Assembly: GCA_021836035.1 (NCBI GenBank)
Contig: JAKBJL010000001.1
Location: forward strand, 287,765 to 351,764
DNA length: 64,000 bases
Direction of reading: 5' to 3'
Source: a bacterium
GTDB lineage: Bacteria > Patescibacteriota > Microgenomatia > JAMCZE01
Position 1 is the first letter of the stretch. Every line of letters starts with the position of its first letter. Shown piece by piece: positions 59,247-64,000 of this stretch. A model generated the notes under the pieces. The model was not told where the DNA came from, ran no database searches, and saw nothing but the letters and a program-made list of their open reading frames with translations. Position numbers and translations under genes: made by a program.

Positions 59247-59951
59247 TTAATTGATAGTGCGGGGCGTCGTGCCGTGGACAATAATCCGGGTTGATTCCTG
59301 GGGCTTGATTCTATAACGGGCGTATTCGTTGGAGTTTAATATGGGGTTAGTCCAGTAATAGAGTTTTTCCGCATCGGCGATCCGCAGATTGACGCAGCCG
59401 TGGGAGCGGGGTTTGCCGAAATCGTTATGCCAATAAGCTCCGTGTAAACTGTAGGCTTTGTAAAAATACTGTACAAAAGGGACGTTGGGAAGATCGTAAA
59501 AAGTGCCGTTAGCGATCTCTCCGCCGGTCATACGTTGGGCGCGGACTTTGGACCAAATGCGGAATTCCCCGGTTACCGTCGGCATCCAGGGTAATCCCGA
59601 ACTGACGGGAAATTCAAAGACCGTCCGGTTGCCCTCATGGGCGTAAAGCTTTTGGGTGGTCAGGTCAACTTCGATCCATTTTTCTTCATTAGTTTCACCG
59701 AGAACGGTCGGATTTTCCGCTAAAACTTGCGCCAGCTCTGCGCCCGGCAGGGGTACTTCCCGGTTAAACCAGATGGCTTTATCTGCGGTCGGATCAAATT
59801 GACCATTGCCGGAAAGTGCTTTTTGGACAAATGCATCGGTAGCTAATTCGTTAACCGGTCGGGGGCGGAGTTGTTCTTTAAAGGCGAAAACGGCGATTAA
59901 AAAAAAGCAAACGAGGAAAAGCGGCAGAAAACGGACCATGAGTAATATCAA
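59247..59951 (-). CDS. L,D-transpeptidase (YkuD family)
   Basis: WIEVDLTTQ, HGAYWHNDFG.PRSHGCVNL. Confidence 0.92.
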   Translation of the reverse strand: MILLMVRFLPLFLVCFFLIAVFAFKEQLRPRPVNELATDAFVQKALSGNGQFDPTADKAIWFNREVPLPGAELAQVLAENPTVLGETNEEKWIEVDLTTQKLYAHEGNRTVFEFPVSSGLPWMPTVTGEFRIWSKVRAQRMTGGEIANGTFYDLPNVPFVQYFYKAYSLHGAYWHNDFGKPRSHGCVNLRIADAEKLYYWTNPILNSNEYARYRIKPQESTRIIVHGTTPRTIN

Positions 59952-59972
59952 TTTATAATAGCCGGAGCGGAT

Positions 59973-60983
59973 TTACAAGGCCAATTTAGAATCGGGAGTG
60001 AATTTGTAAACGCGAAAGGCCCAGTTGGCCAGCAGGGCGGTTTCGGTAAAGCGGTCGGAACTTTTGAGAACGACGGTAATTAGGGTCCGGCCGTTGCGTT
60101 CGATAGCCGCTACCAGACACTGTCCGGCTTCTTCGGTGTAACCGGTTTTCACCCCGACCGCACCCCAAAAAGAGGAAAGCAGTTGGTTGACATTTTGCAG
60201 GGGGTAGGATTTTTTTCCGGAGATATCGGGAACCCTGATCCAATTGGTAGCAACGACATTGGTGAGCAACGGGTCTTTCATTACCCGGGCAGCCAACCAA
60301 GCTAAATCCTGGCTGGAGGTGTATTGTTGCGGGGCATCGGTTCCCGTGGGGTTCTGATAATGGGTGTTATAAAGATGCAGTGCGGCCGCTTTTTTATTCA
60401 TGGCAAAAATAAAAGCTTCTCTGCCGCCGGGGTAATTGGCCGCCAGCGTTTCCGCTGCGTCGTTTCCTGAAGGCACTAACAAGCCGTAAATTAAGTTTTT
60501 AATAGTCAGTTGGTCGCCCGGAGCCAATCCCATCTCCGATTCTTCGCTGTCGTTAGTAAGCTCACCGACGGTTAAAACCTGGTCCGGTTGATAGTAATCG
60601 AGTGCTACCAGGGCGGTCATCAGCTTGGTGGTCGAAGCGGGCCGGAGTTTTGCAGCGGTGTTTTTCGCAAAGAGGACTACCCCGGAGGAAACATCTAAAA
60701 CTTCTGCGGAAGCGGCTGAAATTGCCGGTTCCGTTTCCGGGGAAATTTTCACCGGATAGTAAGAAGCGGCAAAATCGCCGTCGGAATTTTCCCGAACCAG
60801 CGGCCGTTTAGGGATGAGAGTTTGCGTCTGGTAGAAATTTTGCCCGGGTAAAAGGAGCAGGAAAATGGTAAGAAACACAAAACCAATACCCCGTTCCGGA
60901 CGGTTAAAAAGGAGATGTAGAATTGCCCGGCCGTTATTTTGCAGCCGTTTTAAGGCCCAGTTCTTTAAGTTGGTTTTCATCAA
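59973..60983 (-). CDS. D-alanyl-D-alanine carboxypeptidase (peptidase S11); start uncertain
   Basis: PASTTKLMT, SGNDAA, KTGYT. Confidence 0.92.
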   Translation of the reverse strand: MMKTNLKNWALKRLQNNGRAILHLLFNRPERGIGFVFLTIFLLLLPGQNFYQTQTLIPKRPLVRENSDGDFAASYYPVKISPETEPAISAASAEVLDVSSGVVLFAKNTAAKLRPASTTKLMTALVALDYYQPDQVLTVGELTNDSEESEMGLAPGDQLTIKNLIYGLLVPSGNDAAETLAANYPGGREAFIFAMNKKAAALHLYNTHYQNPTGTDAPQQYTSSQDLAWLAARVMKDPLLTNVVATNWIRVPDISGKKSYPLQNVNQLLSSFWGAVGVKTGYTEEAGQCLVAAIERNGRTLITVVLKSSDRFTETALLANWAFRVYKFTPDSKLAL

Positions 60984-62319
60984 CTTCCGAAGGCGCTTCC
61001 ATTACTGCCGTGCGGCCTGACGCGGTAGTCGGGAAAGCAATTACTTCGCGTAATGTCGGTTCACCTAAAACGGCCATGAGAAAGCGGTCGATGCCGGGAG
61101 CGATGCCGCCGTGAGGCGGGACGCCGTATTTAAAAGCGGTCAAAAGATGACCGAATTTCTTTTCTGTATCCGCCGGGCTATGGCCTAAAATGGCAAAAAT
61201 GCGGGCTTGAAGTTTCGGGTCGGTAATACGTATGCTCCCTCCGCCGATTTCATATCCGTTAAGGACGAAATCGTACTGGTCCGCCCGTAATTTACCGAAT
61301 TTCTGAGGATCCTCATACAGGGATGGGATGTCTTCTGCCTTAGGAGCGGTAAACGGATGGTGCATAGCATCCCAGCGGTTTTCTTGTTCCTTCCACTCAA
61401 AAAGAGGGAAATCAATAATCCAGGCAAAAGCTAACTCATCAGCGTTGTTTTTATTTTTTCTAAGGTCCGGTTTGTCCGTCCCGTATTTAGCCATTGCTTC
61501 CCGATAGGTTAAAACCGGAAAAGGAATCCGGGTAATTTTTTTTCCGGGAAAGACTTCTTTAACAATTCCGATATACAGGGTTTCTACCAGATTGAGGATT
61601 TCTTCCTGGCTGGGGAAGGACATTTCGATATCCAATTGGGTAAATTCTCCGTATGCCCGGTCGGCCCGGGGATCTTCGTCGCGAAAGCAACGGGCGATCT
61701 GAAAATATTTTTCGATACCGGCAACCATCAACAGCTGTTTATATTGTTGCGGCGACTGCGGAAGTGCGTAAAAGTTGCCGGACTGAAGACGCGACGGGAC
61801 CAAAAAATCCCGTGCCCCTTCGGGTGTGGCTTTGGTCAGCACCGGTGTTTCCACTTCCCAAAAACCCCGGTCCAGCAGGAACTGGCGCATCTTTTGGATG
61901 ACTTTGTTTCTTAACTCCAAATTACGGCGCAGACGTTGTCGGCGCAGATCTAAATAGCGGTATTTAAGTCGCAGATCCTCATCAATATCCAGTCCTTCGG
62001 TATCCAGGGGAAAGGGCGGTGTTTCGCTTTCCGCCAAGACTTTAATTTCGCGGGCTTCGATCTCAATGGTTCCCGTAGGAATTTTGGGATTAACCAGATT
62101 CTCCGGCCGTTTTTTAACATTACCGCTGACTTCTACCACCCATTCGCTATTGATTTTTCCTGCTAATTCCGCACCAGCTACTATCTGAACAACTCCCCAG
62201 CGGTCGCGCAAATCCAGAAAAACAATTTTCCCGTGATCCCGCCGGCTGTTAACCCAGCCTTTTAAGAGGACCAGATGCCCGACTTTATCAACGGTATCTT
62301 TAGTTAAGGTACGCTCCAT
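60934..62319 (-). CDS. aspS: Aspartate--tRNA ligase, short form lacking the GAD insertion
   Basis: RDHG, LPQSPQ, RCFRDED, GGGSIR, PPHGG; only 461 aa. Confidence 0.95.
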   Translation of the reverse strand: MERTLTKDTVDKVGHLVLLKGWVNSRRDHGKIVFLDLRDRWGVVQIVAGAELAGKINSEWVVEVSGNVKKRPENLVNPKIPTGTIEIEAREIKVLAESETPPFPLDTEGLDIDEDLRLKYRYLDLRRQRLRRNLELRNKVIQKMRQFLLDRGFWEVETPVLTKATPEGARDFLVPSRLQSGNFYALPQSPQQYKQLLMVAGIEKYFQIARCFRDEDPRADRAYGEFTQLDIEMSFPSQEEILNLVETLYIGIVKEVFPGKKITRIPFPVLTYREAMAKYGTDKPDLRKNKNNADELAFAWIIDFPLFEWKEQENRWDAMHHPFTAPKAEDIPSLYEDPQKFGKLRADQYDFVLNGYEIGGGSIRITDPKLQARIFAILGHSPADTEKKFGHLLTAFKYGVPPHGGIAPGIDRFLMAVLGEPTLREVIAFPTTASGRTAVMEAPSEVDENQLKELGLKTAAK

Positions 62320-62383
62320 AATTACTTTTGAGTTTAGCAGATCTCAGTTGCCGCAACAAGCCGGATAAGGTAAAATAGAGCCC

Positions 62384-62599
62384 ATGGTTAAGCCTAAAGA
62401 ACACAGCGGCGACGAGGTCGTGCAGGTAAAGCCCGGAGAAAATGTCGTTGATGTTATCAGACGGGAACGCTACCGTCTTACCTATCTGGTGCCTCCTAAA
62501 GGTCGGGAACCAAAAATTGAGGAGAACTGCCGCCGTGTGTGCCTGACAAAAATATCCGTCGACGGGATAATGCACCTTACGCGGATAGATTTGGACTGA
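62384..62599 (+). CDS. Small hypothetical protein
   Basis: ATG 7 nt after TAAAAT; fills the gap between rel and aspS. Confidence 0.45.
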   Translation: MVKPKEHSGDEVVQVKPGENVVDVIRRERYRLTYLVPPKGREPKIEENCRRVCLTKISVDGIMHLTRIDLD

Positions 62600-62602
62600 A
62601 CT

Positions 62603-63991
62603 TCAGTTTTCAGCCCGCAGCCCCTTCTGAATTTCTCTTTTTGCCAGTCTGGTGGTCACTAATTCCAGCCAGTCGCTGTTGGGTTTGCGGGGTTCTTTCG
62701 CCAGCATGATTTCGCACACGTCTCCCGAGTGCAATTTAAAATTAAAAGGAACCATTTTGCCGTTAACTTTAGCACCGATCGTCCGGTCGCCCATCTCCGT
62801 ATGGACGGCATAGGAAAAATCAATCGGGGTCGCTCCGGCGGGTAAATCCTTAACATCGCCTTTCGGAGTAAAAATAAAAATGCGATGGGAAAGGGCGTCG
62901 AATTTTAGTTCCTGAATAAATTCATGGCTGTCGGTAATTTCCTTCTGCCAGTTAGCCAACTGTTTAACCCAGGATAATTTTTCCAGGGGGGCAAAAACTA
63001 CCGTCTCCAATTTCTTGCCGGAGAGGCCTTGGGATTTTTTATTGGAGTAATACCAATGCGCGGCAATTCCGTTTTCCGCTTCTTCATGCATTTCGTAAGT
63101 TCTGATCTGGATCTCGATAATGCGACCGGCCGGACCGAAGACTTTGGTATGGATGGAACGGTAACCGTTAGGTTTGGGAACGGCGATATAATCGGAAATA
63201 CCGATGGCGGGAACCGGCTTAAAAGTTTTATGGATTACTCCCAGGGCAATGTAACACTGATCTGCCGTTTGGACAAGTATCCGCAGGGCTACTAAATCGT
63301 GGACCAGAGAAAGATCCCTGTCAATCTCCGGGCGCAGTAATTTTTTGTAAAGACTATAAAGATGTTTTTTCCGGCCGTTGACGGTCGCTTTGATATTTTC
63401 CGCAGCTAAATTTTTAAGAATTTTTTGTTTGGCTCTAATAATATGTTCCTCCGCTTCCTTGTAAGCCGCCGCGGAATAACCGGTAAGCCAGCGATAGTCT
63501 TCCGGGTAAAGATAGGGGAAGGCTAAATCCTCAAGTTCTCCTTTGACTTCCCCCATCCCCAGGCGTTCTGCCAGGGGGGCATAAACCTCAAGGGTTTCCC
63601 GGGAAATGCGGGTTTGTTTCTCGGCGGATAAGTATTGCAGGGTACGCATATTATGAAGACGGTCGGCGAGTTTTATAATCACGACCCGGAGATCAGAAGA
63701 CATGGCCAAAAACATTTTACGCAGATTTTCGACAAATTCTTCGTCCGTTGACCCCCGGAGCTTTACCTGCCCGACTTTGGTTACCCCGCTGACCAGACGG
63801 GAAATCGTCTCGCCGAATTCTTTTTGGAGGTCTTTTTCCGTCGCCGCGCCGTCTTCGATGCTGTCATGTAAAAGTCCTGCGGCCAGAGAAAGAATATCCA
63901 TTTTCCAATCCGCAAGGATATTGGCTACCGCCAGCAAATGGCTGACAAAAGGCTCACCGGATAATCTTTTTTGGCCATAATGTGCTACCAC
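62603..63991 (-). CDS. rel: RelA/SpoT (p)ppGpp synthetase-hydrolase (HD-SYN-TGS), 5' end outside window
   Basis: LLHDSIED, KLADRLHNMRTL, PKPNGYRSIHT, EIQIRT, TGS FTPKG...TPIDF. Confidence 0.93.
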   Translation of the reverse strand: MVAHYGQKRLSGEPFVSHLLAVANILADWKMDILSLAAGLLHDSIEDGAATEKDLQKEFGETISRLVSGVTKVGQVKLRGSTDEEFVENLRKMFLAMSSDLRVVIIKLADRLHNMRTLQYLSAEKQTRISRETLEVYAPLAERLGMGEVKGELEDLAFPYLYPEDYRWLTGYSAAAYKEAEEHIIRAKQKILKNLAAENIKATVNGRKKHLYSLYKKLLRPEIDRDLSLVHDLVALRILVQTADQCYIALGVIHKTFKPVPAIGISDYIAVPKPNGYRSIHTKVFGPAGRIIEIQIRTYEMHEEAENGIAAHWYYSNKKSQGLSGKKLETVVFAPLEKLSWVKQLANWQKEITDSHEFIQELKFDALSHRIFIFTPKGDVKDLPAGATPIDFSYAVHTEMGDRTIGAKVNGKMVPFNFKLHSGDVCEIMLAKEPRKPNSDWLELVTTRLAKREIQKGLRAEN

Positions 63992-64000
63992 CGCGAAGTC

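Noticed and set aside
1-64000. CRISPR array, rRNA, reverse transcriptase/DGR, intact transposase or phage genes
   Set aside because: No regularly spaced repeats or diagnostic motifs were seen by eye.

Overview
Core-chromosome window from a small-genome bacterium using the standard genetic code (TGA serves as a stop). Gene content and style point to Patescibacteria/CPR, most likely Microgenomates (inference): type IV pilins, a GAD-less AspRS, a TGS-terminated Rel, a minimal RNase P RNA and near-universal leaderless promoters. It contains a pilin locus end, two two-component clusters, the secY-adk-map-infA-rpmJ-rpsM-rpsK-rpsD-rpoA-rplQ-rplM-rpsI block, recA/recX/rny/hup, three ABC-2 (DUF990-type) permease pairs with a single ATPase, miaB/murI/miaA, rnpB, lon with a CIRCE-like operator, tRNA-Pro and tRNA-Gln, a decayed island at tRNA-Gln, cell-wall genes, gltX, aspS and a partial rel. 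No CRISPR array, rRNA or intact transposase was seen. The most unusual signals are: (1) an unannotated 20-aa amphipathic peptide ORF with its own promoter, in frame with an anchor-less RNase Y; (2) an att core lying in frame within a recombinase C-terminus, so integration or excision would swap the protein tail; (3) one ATPase apparently serving three permease pairs; (4) heptamer tandem repeats and CCGCC/GGCGG palindromes inserted into genes and rnpB; (5) symmetric bidirectional leaderless promoters of about 20 bp; (6) a uORF plus switchable hairpin in the hup leader. All family calls come from motif recognition by eye, not database searches.
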